A DNA stretch of 64,000 bases from Amoebidium appalachense (GCA_963693365.1 CAVNZM010000001.1:3798907-3862906); one strand, 5' to 3'; positions 1 to 24,916 are shown, counted from the stretch's first letter. Translations and numbers: made by a program. The notes: generated from the letters alone by a model not told the origin.

Positions 1-863
1 CCCTCGTGCTGGCCGGAACCCCCCTTTCCCCCTTTGCATGTGCCTTGCACCATGCTTCTCATCGTGTATGCGTACTTCGTACCGTGTTCCACATTCAACC
101 CCCCCCCACACCCCCCCCCCTCCCCCCTCCCCCTACTGGGGCCCCCACCCATCCACCCTCGCACACGCTCACACCTATACGCACACATGCAAGGCTCGTA
201 CACACACGTGCACACACCCGCACACCTTCAAACACCACATTTTGATTCATCCCCACGCATACACACATGCAGGCGTGCAGGCACAAGACATCACCCCTGG
301 TCACGCACCCCTGTGCCTTCAAGCTTTTTAAGTCTTTACCTAGGTAGCCTAGACATGACTTTTGGAGCAATTATGCAGGAAGATGTGTGTGTCTGGAGTC
401 AGGCAGACTAATGATAAAACTTGTGAGCTCTGCACGTATGCTTACGCAGGTGCACATCCAATGACATATGCAAGTGGTTATGTACACGCACGTGCAAGGC
501 TTATACACATGCGCATGCTTGCACACAAAATGTGCTTACACACACGCTTCCAATCATAATTGCGCGCGCTAGCTCACATCCACGCTGCCAATTATACATG
601 CACATGTTCTGCCCACACTGACAACACAGCATGCACGTGCTTATATATTCGACAGTCAAGAGATTTTCTTTTACTGTTTGTACGTGCCCTGGGAGTCGCA
701 GGGACCCCCCTTCCCCCACCCCCTTAGCACTCTTGCCCACCCAACAAGCCCCCTCCTGCATTGTACAATGCACCCACACCATTCACACACACAAAGAGGG
801 GGTACACTGCTAGATGTGCACATGCACTCGGTTGCTAACGGGCATGGTGGCTGGGGGGCACAG

Positions 864-1691
864 AATCGACTTGTGGAGGCCTTGGAATTGTTTTCTTCCA
901 TTTGGAAAAACAGATGGCTCGCAAAGGTAATTTATGTGGTTGCATGCTGGGCGGGCGTAGGCAAGCAGGCTAGGCAGGCGGATGGGCAGACGGTGTGCGT
1001 GTATATGTGCATGTGCATGTATGCATGTGCATGTGCATGTATGCATGTATGCATGTCTATGTGCATGTGCATGTATGCATGTCTCTGTGCATGTGCATGT
1101 ATGCATGTCTCTGTGCATGTGCATGTATGCATGACTATGTGCATGTGCATGTATGCATGTCTATGTGCATGTGCATGTATATACATGTCTATGTGCATGT
1201 GCATGTACACGGCGGCTGCGTGGGGGGCAAGCAGGTGGGACTGCGGCCGCGGGGAGCGGAGGGGGGGGGGGGGGGGGGGAGGGGGTATGAACCGTCATGG
1301 GCATGTGTGTATGAAAAAGCACACGGGTGTGCGTACGGCCGGGAGGCATGATGGCATGGATGGCTATGTAGCGTGTTCATGTGTTGTATGTGTGTCCTTC
1401 CGTGTGTAAATGGGGGGGGGGGGGGGGGGGGGGGGGGACCGGGGGGGGTGGGGGGAGAATATTCAGCTCAGGGCTACAGCAAGCCAGTGGTGGTATACTA
1501 TGAGGCTGTGTGTGCAGCAAGGGGGGGAGGGGGCGGTTGGGGGGGGGGGGGGGGGGGGGGGGGTCGTTCCTTTGCTGACTCTGCGTGCTGCAGGTGTCGG
1601 TGGTGTTGTTTCTCAACAAATGCGACATCTTGCAAGACAAAATCCAGTACTCGGAAATGAGCGTCTACTTCGAGGACTACACCGGTACGTG

Positions 1692-1753
<62 letters not shown>

Positions 1754-2355
1754 TGCCTGCGTGTGGTGCGCTACACATGTTCGCCTTTATTTCCAGGGTT
1801 GCAAGATAGACGTTTTTGGCGTATGTTTAGATAGCTGGAGGGTGGGCTTGGCTGGGTCATGCACTAAGGCAGATTCTTGCACCATTAAGCATTTACCGAA
1901 GACACACTTGTATATGCAATGCAGCCCGTGTCTTTCTATTCATGCACTCACACACATTGACACCATTGGACTTGTCTCTGCATGCCCACCTGACTACGTG
2001 CACAGGTGTCATTTTTGCTCTCGTCCCCTCACCGTAATCCCCATGCCCTGAGCCCCCCCCCCCCCCCTTCCCCCCGCGGCCCCAACACACACACACACAC
2101 ACACACCATCACCATCACCATCACCATCACCATCACCATCACCATCACCATCACCATCACCATCACCATCACCATCACCATCACCATCACCATCACCATC
2201 ACCATCACCATCACCATCACCATCACCACCACCACCACCACCACCAATTGGTGGGCTCTGCTGAATAAGCACAGTCTTCACACGTGCTTCGCAATCTGCG
2301 TTGTGCAGTCTGTTGTTGCATGTTTACTTTGTAGTCTGTAGCGGAATCCAGCCCC

Positions 2356-2389
<34 letters not shown>

Positions 2390-2631
2390 AGCCTTCATCT
2401 TCAAACACACGTACACACACTCACCTCTGTGTGCACACAGGGGGGGCCAACTTCGAGAAGGCCAAGCAATACATCAAAAACCGCTTTGTGGCCATAGGCC
2501 AGCCCTCAGACCACAAGCGGCTCTACCCACACTTCACCATAGCCACCGACACAGAAAACGTGCGCAAAGTCTTCAACGATGTCAAAGACATTATTCTGCA
2601 CTTCCACCTGGCCGAATTTGGCCTGGTTTGA
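864..2631 (+). CDS. Heterotrimeric G-protein alpha subunit, Gs-like; last three exons (864-926, 1594-1684, 2441-2631), 5' exons not seen
   Basis: GT-AG exons join in frame: NRLVEALELFSSIWKNRWLAK|VSVVLFLNKCDIL...EDYT|GGANF...YPHFTIATDTENVRKVFNDVKDIILHFHLAEFGLV*. G4 NKxD motif and G5-like TIAT are present; the alpha3 and alpha5 regions resemble Gs. Confidence 0.93.
1000..1205. repeat. Degenerate (GTGCAT/GTAT)n repeat in G-alpha intron
   Basis: Repeating gtgcatgtatgcat units. Confidence 0.85.
1691..1758. repeat. (GCCT)n microsatellite just after a splice donor
   Basis: Direct reading. Confidence 0.95.
2105..2246. repeat. (CATCAC)n microsatellite
   Basis: Direct reading. Confidence 0.95.
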
Positions 2632-3163
2632 GCCCCCCCTGACTCTATGGGGTAAATGTGCGCTGGCTCGTGCATGCGGTGGGGGGGTTCTTTAAGTTTT
2701 CCCTAGTGGGTTATCCGCTGGGCGGGGCCCACAGGGATGTAGGTTTGTCTAGACTAGTTGATGTGTGTGTTTGTATGTTGTTTTTGCTTGATATGTTTGA
2801 CTTGTTGATTTGATTCTGCGGTACGGGGTATTTAAGTGTGTTGATGGTTTGAAGCACACATATGGGCAACACTCAGGCTGTGATATTTGCTTTGTAGAAT
2901 TTCCCCTGCATCGGCTAGGCACCCTACATACATGCATGCATGACCCACACAGGGGACCTCTCAAGCACACACGTTCACAGGCACATATCATACACACCAA
3001 ACACCGTGCTCACGTGGGCCCAACCTCGGCATATACGCCAGCACCAGTGCACACAAGGGCACATACGCACAAGGTCACGCAAGCACACACACAGACACAC
3101 ACACACACATTCATACACACACACAAACACACAAGCACACACATTGTCACACGCACATACGCG

Positions 3164-3255
<92 letters not shown>

Positions 3256-3565
3256 CACACACACACACACATAGTCAGTGATAAGGATATCTGTCACACA
3301 CACACAGTCAGTCATAAGGGTACCTGTCAGCCCACTCTGGGGCGCTGCATCTGTAGTTGCCGGGGTGTGCAAGTGCCTCCCCCCAGGCATGGATCTCTGT
3401 ACATATCACGAATGCGGTCGGATCATTACACAAACTTATGCTTCATATCTCCAACGGCGCCTTACATTCCATCCCCCCTCCCCCCTCCCCCCCTCCCCCC
3501 CCCCCCCCCCCCCCCCCCTTCCTCCCTTCCCCCGCCCTTCCCTCCCTCCCAGGGCCACAAAGACC

Positions 3566-3613
<48 letters not shown>

Positions 3614-4508
3614 CACAAATTGAAGCCCACAGAGCCCAAGCAGAAAACCACTAGAATATGTATGGAAGCAAACACGTATACGACAGCGAGACCACTCATA
3701 TGGCAATGGCAAGTGAACATGCACCGCATAGATCCCCACATCATTTTACAGGTATCGCCACAACTATTATAAGCCCACCATCTCTCCAGGATCTTGCCTC
3801 CCTCCCGGCATCCATGTCTATGATTGGCCGAGATGGGATGAGTGCTCCATATGGTATCTGTGCCCGTATATGGTAACTGGGCACCGTGCACGTGTTGATC
3901 ACCGACCCAGCATGGCATATATCCACTGTACGTGGCATGACACGGCCAATCCAATTCAGTGTTTATGGCAGCAATTTCAACGGCCACTGTATACCTGTCT
4001 AGTAGGACACGTTACTTCTCAGAAACGCCAGGGACGTCAGGAATGTTACGTATCTGCTCGTGATCTGATCATGATCCGTATTACTATACGACCATGGTAT
4101 GTGGCCGGGAGCCACGATCACACATGCAATTGCAATAATTATTGCAGTGTTGCCATGGAAACGGTTTCTTCAAAGTTTTAATTGGGGAGGGGGGGGGAAA
4201 GGGGGGAGAAGGGGGCCGTGGAGGGGGGGCATGGGAAATTTAAATACGAGCTCGATCCTGCGGTCATATCACCTTTTGGGGGCCGGGGGGGGGGGGGGGG
4301 AAGGGGGGGAGGGGGGGGGGGGGGAGGAGGACTCGGTGAAGGGGGGGGAGGGGGGGGGGGAGGGGGGAGGGGGGGGAGGGGGGAGAGGGGGGGGGGGGGG
4401 AGGGGGAGGGGTTGGACCCACACAGCTCCCCGAGGGGGATGTAGGTCAGGTAGGTGGGTACCCGGTACCGACTGGGGTGACGTCGACGTTTACTCCAACC
4501 CCCCCCGC

Positions 4509-4539
<31 letters not shown>

Positions 4540-6944
4540 CCGCCCAACCATTTCAAGAGTTCCTTAAGTTACCGTTGCGTATGCCTAAGACTTAGTGTCT
4601 ATGAACAAGCTTAAGAAGGGGATCATTGCACTTTATTGGCCGCTCCCTCCTGCCAATCCGGAATGTGCAAGGGTGTGTGTTTTGCTCTCTTCCTAGTTCT
4701 TTATTGATTTCCTTCTTTTTGCTTGTGTGCGCACGTGCGTGTGTGTGTGTGCAGGGAGGGGGGGGGGGGGTGGGGAGGGGGGGGGGGGGAGGGGGGAGAG
4801 GGAAGGAGGCAGGGATAAAGTGTGTGTGTGTGTGTGTTGGGGGGGAGGGAGGAGGGAGAAGATGTTAAAAAAAAAAAAAAAAAAGGGGGGGGGGGGGGGG
4901 GGGGGGGGGGGGTAGCAGGAAGGCGGAACTGGGTAAAGATCTTCGAGGTACCGGGGGAGGGGAGGAGGGGGGAGGATCATAGACTCTAGGCACACGCATG
5001 AGCACACATTCGTTCGTGGTACAAAAACACAAACACAGTGAATTGATACACGTAGAGCACACGGTGCGCACATGTGCATGCGCAGGCGCATACGTATGCA
5101 GGGCGCCACGCACGCAGAAACACCCGCACACTTTGCAGGTAGGTGTAACGTGACACGCTCACATGAAAGCCACCACACTCAGTCTGCGGCCATACAACTA
5201 ACACACACACACGAACACACCATGAATACACAGACACGCAGAGACATACAGACACAAGAAATTGGCGAGCACCAGGGGGCACACAGACACACACGCACGT
5301 ACCTGCACATGCAGCCTCAGCACAAACAGGCACACACAAACAAGCACTACAAGCACAATGTGTCCAGTGCACTCAACACACAACCAGTAGATCTAGACCG
5401 TGGCACTGTGGCAGGACGGGGCAAGGACGGATTGGCAGAAGAAGTAGACTGGGTTATATATGTTCTGTCACCATGGCCCACATTTACTAATAGAAGTATA
5501 GAATGATTACCTGTTTTGAGAAAAAGGAACACTCCATTTAAACATACGTATACACATCGTTGTAAGATATATTGATACATCATCACGGTGCATCACTGAT
5601 AAAAACGATTTCTTTTCGAGCTCCAAAACCTACATAAATTAAGGGGTTGGGCTCTCAAACAGAGTGTGTGTGTACACGTGTGTGTGTGTGTGTGTGTGTT
5701 TAGCATTCATATTTGATGTTTCACAACAACAGCACTCCCCCCCCCCCCCCCCCCCCCCCCCCGGCTCTTCCTGCACAGTGACTGTCAAAACAGAACACAC
5801 ACGAACACACACACAGCAAAATAAACACACACATGCATGTACACACGCACACACACACGCACACCCCTTATCTGCACACTTTGTTAAAAAGGGTAAATCA
5901 GTACGCAACCAAAGGACATAAACATGCATCCCGATCACACACAAGAAAAGCCTACAGTTTTTATAAGCTATGGTGAATGAACTTTGGGCCCCAGATTGAC
6001 TCTTGGGGTTCTTTTTGAGCAGGTGAGGAGGCAGACAGGCCTTACAGCCACACCTGAATCGATGTCCTGCTAGTGCACACAATGTACATATACAGGCACA
6101 GCCTGTATAGCGTCAGATAGCATGCCCTCCTTGTTTTAAAAAAATCCATCTGCACGAATGTACGTGCTGGTGACAGATAGCTAAGGTGACTAAGTAATGG
6201 GATTGATGGTACTAAATCGAAGTCAGCGTGAAGTGTTTTGCTGACGAAACATGGCCCAGTCATTCACAATACATATATCATATGTATGTTCATAGGTACG
6301 TATACTATGCTGCAATTAATGTCTTTGTAGTAACCCCCCCCCCCCCCCCCCCCCCCCCCATCCCCTTCCCTGTTGGCAAACAAGCACAAAACCAAACAAA
6401 CTAACTTAACAAAGAAAAACGAACGAAAAAAGAAAACAAAGCACAACAAAAATCATCACTGCATCAAACCCAGAACGGTTTATCTCCACCAGCCGAAAAA
6501 ACCTGGTAGAATGGTTGCGTATATGTTCGGATTTTAGATATACTAATTTATGGGGTACCTATTTGTTTGGATACGTTATTAGTAGTGTATGCTCCTAATG
6601 TGTGACACCCCCCTCCCCCCCCCCCCCCCCCCCTGCCACCCACCATACACATAGACGCTATAATAAGATTAATCCATTATATGAGCATAAAGCATGCACA
6701 GTGACCCCTTCTGCCTTTTCACTTGGCACCACCGGATAACAACCTATTCCTAAACTTTAAGATGGTCGGTGTTTTAGCAAAACACCAGCGAGAACAAGAA
6801 AACTCATAATACAACCCCCCCCCCCCCCCCCCCCAACCCGGGATTAAAAAGAAGCCCTTTCCATATTGTTCGGAAACAAGCCCCTTGCCTCTCGTCATGC
6901 TAGTCTGCGGGTTGCTGCTACACGTACCTCGCCACACTGTGCCC

Positions 6945-7760
6945 CTACACGGCCTGAGACCCAATCTTCACGCACAGCAGGGGGTTATGGAGCATATAGT
7001 TGCTGGGGTCCAAGTCCTCCCAGACCTCCCCTAACGCAATCATATCCGCATCGTCCAGTGAACTTTCCAGAAAGTACTCTCCAACGGCAGGATATTCATA
7101 GAGGCCCCCTGAGGGAAGCTGGGGTGGACACAAAATGGGCGCAGAGAAGGGTTGTGCCACCACTGTGAGCAGGGGGGCACACTGGAATGCATAGTTCATG
7201 ACGTAAGGATCCGTGAGCTGGGAAAACCCCCCTTCGTGCTGGGGTATGTATAAGTTTGGATGGGTGGCTTCATATGAGTGGGTCTCCCGTTTTGGCGGCA
7301 AAAGGGTCGGGGAGGGCGGGGACGGTGGTGGGGACAGGACGGGAGGAGGGTCGAACCGGAACGTTTTCTCGGGGTTCACCTCATCTCCCTGGGTCGCCGA
7401 TGGTGGAGGGGTGATCGCAGACAAGGTGGGGACGTAGGTGGCTGCACTTTCAGAGGAAGAGACGAGCGTGGGCGCGGATGAGGTCGTTGATTCTTGCGAA
7501 GGGAGCCGTTTACGCGGTGGGCCTGGGCGGTCGATCTTGCGCTTGAGCCCAACACATGCATCCTCCGTACCCGTACACTTCGTGGCCCGGCGTTGGCACC
7601 CGGGACAACGAGTGGCTGACTTCTTGCGGCCCTGTGCCGGTCGTTTCTGCTTTAGGCTGGGGGGCGGTGTGGCCTTTTTGCAGCCGACTATCTGGCCGTT
7701 GCACTTCTTCTTCTTGCGCCGACAGAGGGTGCACTTGTCGGGTATGCGTGGCCGTGCCAT
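6945..7760 (-). CDS. Intronless ~271-aa protein with two C-x2-C-x6-C-x6-C (half Zn2Cys6-like) basic motifs and a Pro/Ser/acidic tail; putative DNA-binding protein
   Basis: MARPRIPDKCTLCRRKKKKCNGQIVGC...CPGCQRRATKCTGTEDAC in a long non-repetitive ORF, ATG in gccATGg context. Confidence 0.65.
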   Translation of the reverse strand: MARPRIPDKCTLCRRKKKKCNGQIVGCKKATPPPSLKQKRPAQGRKKSATRCPGCQRRATKCTGTEDACVGLKRKIDRPGPPRKRLPSQESTTSSAPTLVSSSESAATYVPTLSAITPPPSATQGDEVNPEKTFRFDPPPVLSPPPSPPSPTLLPPKRETHSYEATHPNLYIPQHEGGFSQLTDPYVMNYAFQCAPLLTVVAQPFSAPILCPPQLPSGGLYEYPAVGEYFLESSLDDADMIALGEVWEDLDPSNYMLHNPLLCVKIGSQAV

Positions 7761-8700
7761 GGCGAGGAGAGGTGCACTGGGGTCTAGGCACAGGCAATTG
7801 GTGCTGGAAGAGAGGTGGCTGGGTATATGGTGTTTCTGGAGCAACCAGAGCTAACGAAAGCGTCTATGGATGGCGCCTGCAACACAGGTTTGCAAGATCT
7901 TCTCACCAACCTACTGTGAAGAGCCGGCAGCAAAGAACAAGTTGCAGGGAGCCCTAAGAACCCAAGTGCTATTCAGACGGTCAGACCCCAGGAATAAACT
8001 GAAACGCTGGAGAAGGTAAACGACGTTTTTCTGCACTAATATCACAGTGAAGGACCGTACGCGCCGCAGCGATACAACGAACGTGTGTGCTCTTGCAGGT
8101 AAACTTGGGAACGGTAACACAACTTGTTGTTGCTCGCGAAGTGGTGGTGGTGAACCTGTGCTGTGTATACATGTGGTGCCAGGCTTGTAGCGGATTGGTC
8201 GGATTGAACCAACGAATAGAATAATGACTGTGATGCGCGTCAATCCAATCAACTGCTGCTGGCTCAGGAGTCAGGGGAGACCGAAAAGCAGATTTCGAGA
8301 GATATCCAGTCACATGGTGACACACACTACCTCCCTCGGCCATCATAATCACCTTTTCCCCAATGTTGTTAGTTGTTATAGTGCTTCTTTGTTCCTGGCG
8401 TGCATAAATTGGCCTGGATATGGTGCTAACTAAAATACGGATCACCATCTATGATCGGAGGGATCTCAACGCAAGCTGAAACTGAGAGTCACTGTGCACT
8501 GGCACCAAAAACTTGGTTATGTATATGTATTTGATAACATGTCGACAGTTCTGCAAGTGACTACTTTATGTATACTCCTACCCTCTTTAGCTACGTATGG
8601 AACCCGGTTTCACGTAAATACACGTGAATAGATATTTATGTATATATAAATTGATATATACTTCAAAAGTATATATGCTTAGGGATTATCAAAGTTGTTT

Positions 8701-8725
8701 GCCTCGAGTAAACAGCGTAGACCCC
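8701..8725 (+). mobile_element. 25-bp 5'-truncated LINE 3'-end insertion ending in CCCC, with 11-bp TSD
   Basis: gcctcgagtaaacagcgtagacccc matches the LINE end at ~36190-36213; flanked by caaagttgttt at 8690-8700 and 8726-8736. Confidence 0.85.
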
Positions 8726-9406
8726 CAAAGTTGTTTCACCCGCATCATGAACGGGTCCGGTGAGTCACTTCGAATTCGAATGAATGTCATGCATGCATAT
8801 GGGGCCGTCGACTCTTGGCGGCTACGGATCAGTGTTGATATCATGTTAATAGTGTTATTCTGTACAAGACAAGAAGTTGAAAGAACCAGCAGCAGATATA
8901 TTTAGCACAATACGGCTTACGTGAACAGTACATATACCGTATATACGCATATGCATCGTCGACCTGCGCACGGACCACGCGTCAACAGGCGGGAGGCGAA
9001 CACAGAAGTGCGAAAACGTGTTCCTATTGGTTTACTTCTAGAATCCCCCTGGCAGAATTCCAGATTCATTGACATCATTTATATAACAAAGGGAGGCTAC
9101 CCGGAGGTAAAAGAAAGAGCAGAAATTTGTCCTCTGGAAATAACTAGAAATAATATGTTATTGTTGGAAACCGCATCTAGTGTCTGGCTGAAGAGGCTTC
9201 AAAGTTTCTATGATCTCGGAATTCGAACCCTTTTCAAAGGTTTTAGGTCGATTTGGCGTTTGTACGCCCCACACCAGAGGGTGTTGGAAGAACCATGAAA
9301 GTAACCACAATACGATTGGCTAAGGGGGGAGCGCAGCTTTTAAAGCTCCATACTTCAAGCGCCGGTTGCAACTTGCACGGTTACGGTGCACGTGCCCAGC
9401 AGCACA

Positions 9407-10596
<1,190 letters not shown>

Positions 10597-10839
10597 CATG
10601 CATATATATGGCTAGCAACCCCCGCCCGTGCACGTGGCCCAAGCCCGAACCCTACAGACGTCGAAATCCTGGCGCATGTGTGTCATCCATCATACGTACA
10701 CGTGTACCCTCGCAAAATGGCGTGTGTCTGACAACGTGGCACGTGATGTACATGCCCGTGTCGCATATTATGCATGCATATGTATACATACATGTTTCGA
10801 CCATAGCACGTGGTACATGTGCATGTGTGTGCGGTCAAT

Positions 10840-11130
10840 GCCCGTGCCATGTGACTATCATGTGCACATGTATGTACTATGCCCGTGCCATGTGATAATC
10901 ATGTGCACATCTGCCTACTATGCCCGTACGCGTGCCATGTGATTATATCGTGTGCACACACGTCTACTAGTATATCATGATGTATGTGCCATGCATGTGC
11001 ATGTGCACGTGGGTCACATATATGCCCCGTTGCCATGTGATTATCACTGCATGTGCGCGTGTGTCTACTAAATTAATGCTCGTGCCATGTGATTATCATG
11101 TGCACGTGTACGGGTGCCTACTATGCCCAT
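10840..11130. repeat. Degenerate ~41-bp minisatellite (gtgccatgtgattatcatgtgcac...tactatgccc)
   Basis: About 5-6 imperfect copies visible. Confidence 0.75.
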
Positions 11131-12031
11131 AATAGCACGTGTACGTGCCACGGGTCACGGTGGTGACCGGTTACGATAATGCCCACCTGGCCATGTAACA
11201 ATGCTTGCTATTGCATATGCATATCTCATGATCAAACACACCATAATAAATGAGAATACTTTTCATTTAAAGGTTTTTCGGCATGGCATAATTTGGACGT
11301 AATTAAAAGTCTGGCATCGATAAGCAAAGAACATGAAGATCAATAGACACGTGCACTGCACTCTGGAACCAGCAACCCCGGACAGTTGTATAATTTTTTA
11401 TAAAACGAGGTCCATTCACAAAATAACTGAGGAACAGCATGAACAGCATCATGTGTGGCTTCTTGCTGCTGCAGCTGGCTGCCGCTTCAATCATCAATAC
11501 TGAAAGCTTATCCATAACACACGTGCAATCTCACTGTCAACCGACACTACAACAAGAAACAGAATTAGGATTAAACCCACAAAAATTAGGAAAGGAGTTG
11601 CACAAAATTCTTTGACAGTTGGTGGCATACACAGTAGCTGAGCAACTTGAAGGCATATTAGGTATGTACTAGCCAATCATTCCTAAAAAGCCAAAAAGAG
11701 AGCTGTAGGAACACTAATTGCAAAGGCCTGCAACCAAATACTGATTCAGGAAATGACAATTATCGCAAGCAAAACCAATCCCTACACTATCCTGTCACAT
11801 ATATTCATTCATGCCTGTCAGGTTAAAAAGTGGGATGCATGCAAAGCTAACAAAGTACGCAGAGTCGTGGGGCCCCAGGGGTGGGGAGCCCCAACAGAAG
11901 TGGTGCGGTACAAACACATGGGGTATTATAGTTCTATTGTCTCGGAATATTGCGAGAATCCCTGAAGCCGGGGTTCACGTCCATTTGCATGGTGTACGTG
12001 TGTGCACCCCCTTGTGTGTGCAAGTGCATGC

Positions 12032-21114
<9,083 letters not shown>

Positions 21115-21843
21115 TTTTGCTCGATATGAATGGCCCTGCGTCATGTAATTTGTATTACTCTGGGATCTAGGATCCAAAAAAAAGCAGGTTAACTCGAAAC
21201 TAGGTCCGAGTAGTTCTTCGATAAAGGACAAATAATTAGTATGTGCACCTGCCTACATCAACACTTCTATAAGCGTCTTTAGTTTGGATCTAACCAGCTC
21301 ATACAGCGTTGCCTTGCACGGATCTCTTAGTTCCCATAGATCCCAAGTCACCCTGTCACGTGCACTCACTACAACCCCTGTTTACGTGCCTTTCCTACTA
21401 CAATTTACCTAAATATCTTTTTTTTTCGTATTAAGCTATGCACACATTACAAGTCAGAGAGCGCTTGGTTATGTTTTTTGTTGTCGCTTTTCAAAGGGTC
21501 TCCAGTAAAGTGATCCAAAGCTGACTTGTGCGAGCTTTATATGTGCAGGCCGAGCTAAGAGCCACCGGACTCCGATTGGCCAATACTGTTTGCAACACAA
21601 ATCAAAATTCACATAAATAAGTGTTTATGTAGTTTGTAATTGGAGAAATATTTATCTACATCTGGTTGGTTGAGAGCGAACCACTTTTTGTACCAGCTGA
21701 CTCCAGCCCTAAACCGTCTGACAGAGTCTCCGCCGACTCTCACGTGTCTGGCAAACATGCATGGGCTGAAGGATAGGCGCCAACTTCCAAGGCCCATCTC
21801 CCTGACCAAAGGCCTCCTTCCATACCTTACTCTGAGTAGGTCC

Positions 21844-21902
<59 letters not shown>

Positions 21903-21915
21903 CCCCGGTAGGCCT

Positions 21916-21952
<37 letters not shown>

Positions 21953-22463
21953 TGTGCTAACCGGTTGCGATATCCACCAAATCTACACACATGGAGTTCT
22001 CGGCTGCGCCAGCACGGTGTGTTGGGGTAGGTGGGTGTGCCGGGCTGTGTTGCTGTGGGTGGTAGTAGTTGTTTTAGTGCTGCCGGTTGGCTGTAAGCTT
22101 CGTTCGGGTTTGGCTTGAAGCTGGGGGAAGATAGATGTAAGTTCATAGAACTGCCTCTACACAGTTGCCTTACTGTTGCTTCCACGTGTCCCGATCGGTA
22201 CCGGTACCGGTCTGCTTGCATCGTGCAAGTGAATACGACTGTAAAGGTGCATGTAGTGTCCACTAGCGGGTCTTTTGGAAGGCATGCGGAATACTACGGT
22301 CCAGTCGGCGGCGGCCCTCAGTACCGAAGTCAAGACGTTGGGGTTGGCTGTTACCTGATCTGGCTATGCTGCCTGCACATCCGATGCTGCAAGGATTTTT
22401 AAGGCCGTAGTAGTTTTTGGGGGGCAAGAGGTGTTGAAAGGGAGGGGGGGGGGAGGGGGGGGT

Positions 22464-22501
<38 letters not shown>

Positions 22502-23025
22502 GGGGGGGGGGGGGGGGGAAGAGGAGTTGCTCAGTTGTGTTTGCGGTTGTTGGCGGCGAGGTCCAAACCGTTTTCCTTCAGGCTGCTCTGCAGTCTCCTG
22601 GCAGGCCTTGGCATGATTCAGAAGCAGACTAACATAGGCTGTCTAGATATCCGAGGCGGCCTATAGGGCGAAATTTTTGGTGTCATTCTCGGTGGATGCT
22701 CGTTATTGGGCATTACTTTCGTTCACGGGGTCCCAGTGGTGAACCAGATGGTCTCGACGACTATGCTAATTTCTAGGGGTGTGGTGTGTGTGTGTGTGTG
22801 TGCGTGTGTTGGAGGGAAAGGAGGGGAGGAAGAGAAGGTTGGGGGATGACAAGCCAGTCGAGCAGGCTCAAGCCTCAGCCTAGTGACCGTTAGTGGTGCG
22901 TGTTTGTGATTGAATCCAATTATGTGCTACCTACAGTTAAAAGGGCCAGACTCTGCCGATGCTGAGGGATGTTGGGTTGTGTTCCGACTCAAGCCACACT
23001 GTGCCTGCGCGCACGTGGTATGAAC

Positions 23026-23700
<675 letters not shown>

Positions 23701-24626
23701 CTGTTAAGATATGGGCACAAAACCAGTCAAAGACAGTTGTCCAGGCTGATGGAATTTCGTGTGTATAATTCAAGTTATTGTGTAACGTCCCGGTGAGCTC
23801 AAATTTGTGCACGGTGAACATGCCATGCCTTGACCGCATATACACATTTAATGACACTTTGTGTAATACGTATTCCATGGCCACCACGGTGTGCATGAGC
23901 ACAATACTAATCTTAACGCAGGAAAGTGCGCAGTACGTACGGGAGCTCCTAACTAAGGCTCTCTGACACAATTCGAGTGGAGGCTGCAGCTGCAGAGCAC
24001 CGTGCCGTTTCATATGCATGGCCATGCATGTCCAGCTTTATAGTGCTCATTAGTTTACTCGTCAAACGGAGGTCTCGCTCCAAGGCCAGCTCTGCAATGC
24101 AAAAATTGAAAAGCGAGCGCGATTACGCGAAAAGCTGGATTTTTTTTATTTTTTTTGACTCGGTTTTATTGATCCGTTGATGAAGGCAACGTGCAGCCAC
24201 AGGCTACTGGAAAATTTGCCAATGCCAACTATTGTAGTACTACTGGGCAATCAAAATAAAGTTGTGCCAATATTTTTCCATTTGATTGGTGGTAAACCAT
24301 TCATGCTTCAGCCAATCATAGCACCGATAAAATTGCGAGTTACCCATATATGGTGAGTGTAAACACAGATTTATGAGTCAGATCAGGTTCTTCCAATACC
24401 CACACAATCCGAAAATATGAAGGCTGACGCGGCAAATTATGCATTGGCCAGCCAGCAGGTGGACTGGGATTTTTTTGTCAAGGGTTTTTTCTAGTTTAAC
24501 GGGAAGCGCTTTTTTACAGACAATGGTTGCTTTCAAACCTAACGGGTTCCTTATTATCAATATGAAATGCAATTTTTCTGTATCGTGATAAATCATTAAT
24601 ATTATAAACCTCGGCTTAAGGGAGCG

Positions 24627-24916
24627 TTGATTTTGAAACCGGGGAGGGGGTAGTAGAAAGTTTCGGGTGTTAGGGGGAGTGGTGGGTACCCGGCCCCCCC
24701 CCGGAGGGGGGGGGGGAGGGACCCGTCCCCTCGGCGGGTGGTGGGTACCCCCCCCCCCCCCCCCCCCTCCCCCTCATATGTGAACATATAGTACTATATA
24801 ATACTTATAGTACTATATAAGAGCCTGGCCGGGATGGTGGGGTACCCCCCCCAGGGGGGGGGGGGGGACCCGACCCCCCGCGGGGTTGCGGGTACCCCCC
24901 CCCTAAACTTGCTACT

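Noticed and set aside
10840-11130. CRISPR-like array
   Set aside because: Degenerate tandem minisatellite with no unique spacers, in a eukaryotic context without cas genes.
11303-11830. Hydrophobic ORF fragments on the minus strand
   Set aside because: Multiple stops and no splice-consistent model; may be Hippo 3' UTR.
21960-22760. Coding or retroelement remnant (likewise 30946-31960, 57250-58900, 63140-64000)
   Set aside because: Non-repetitive sequence, but I could not support a motif or a consistent exon chain.
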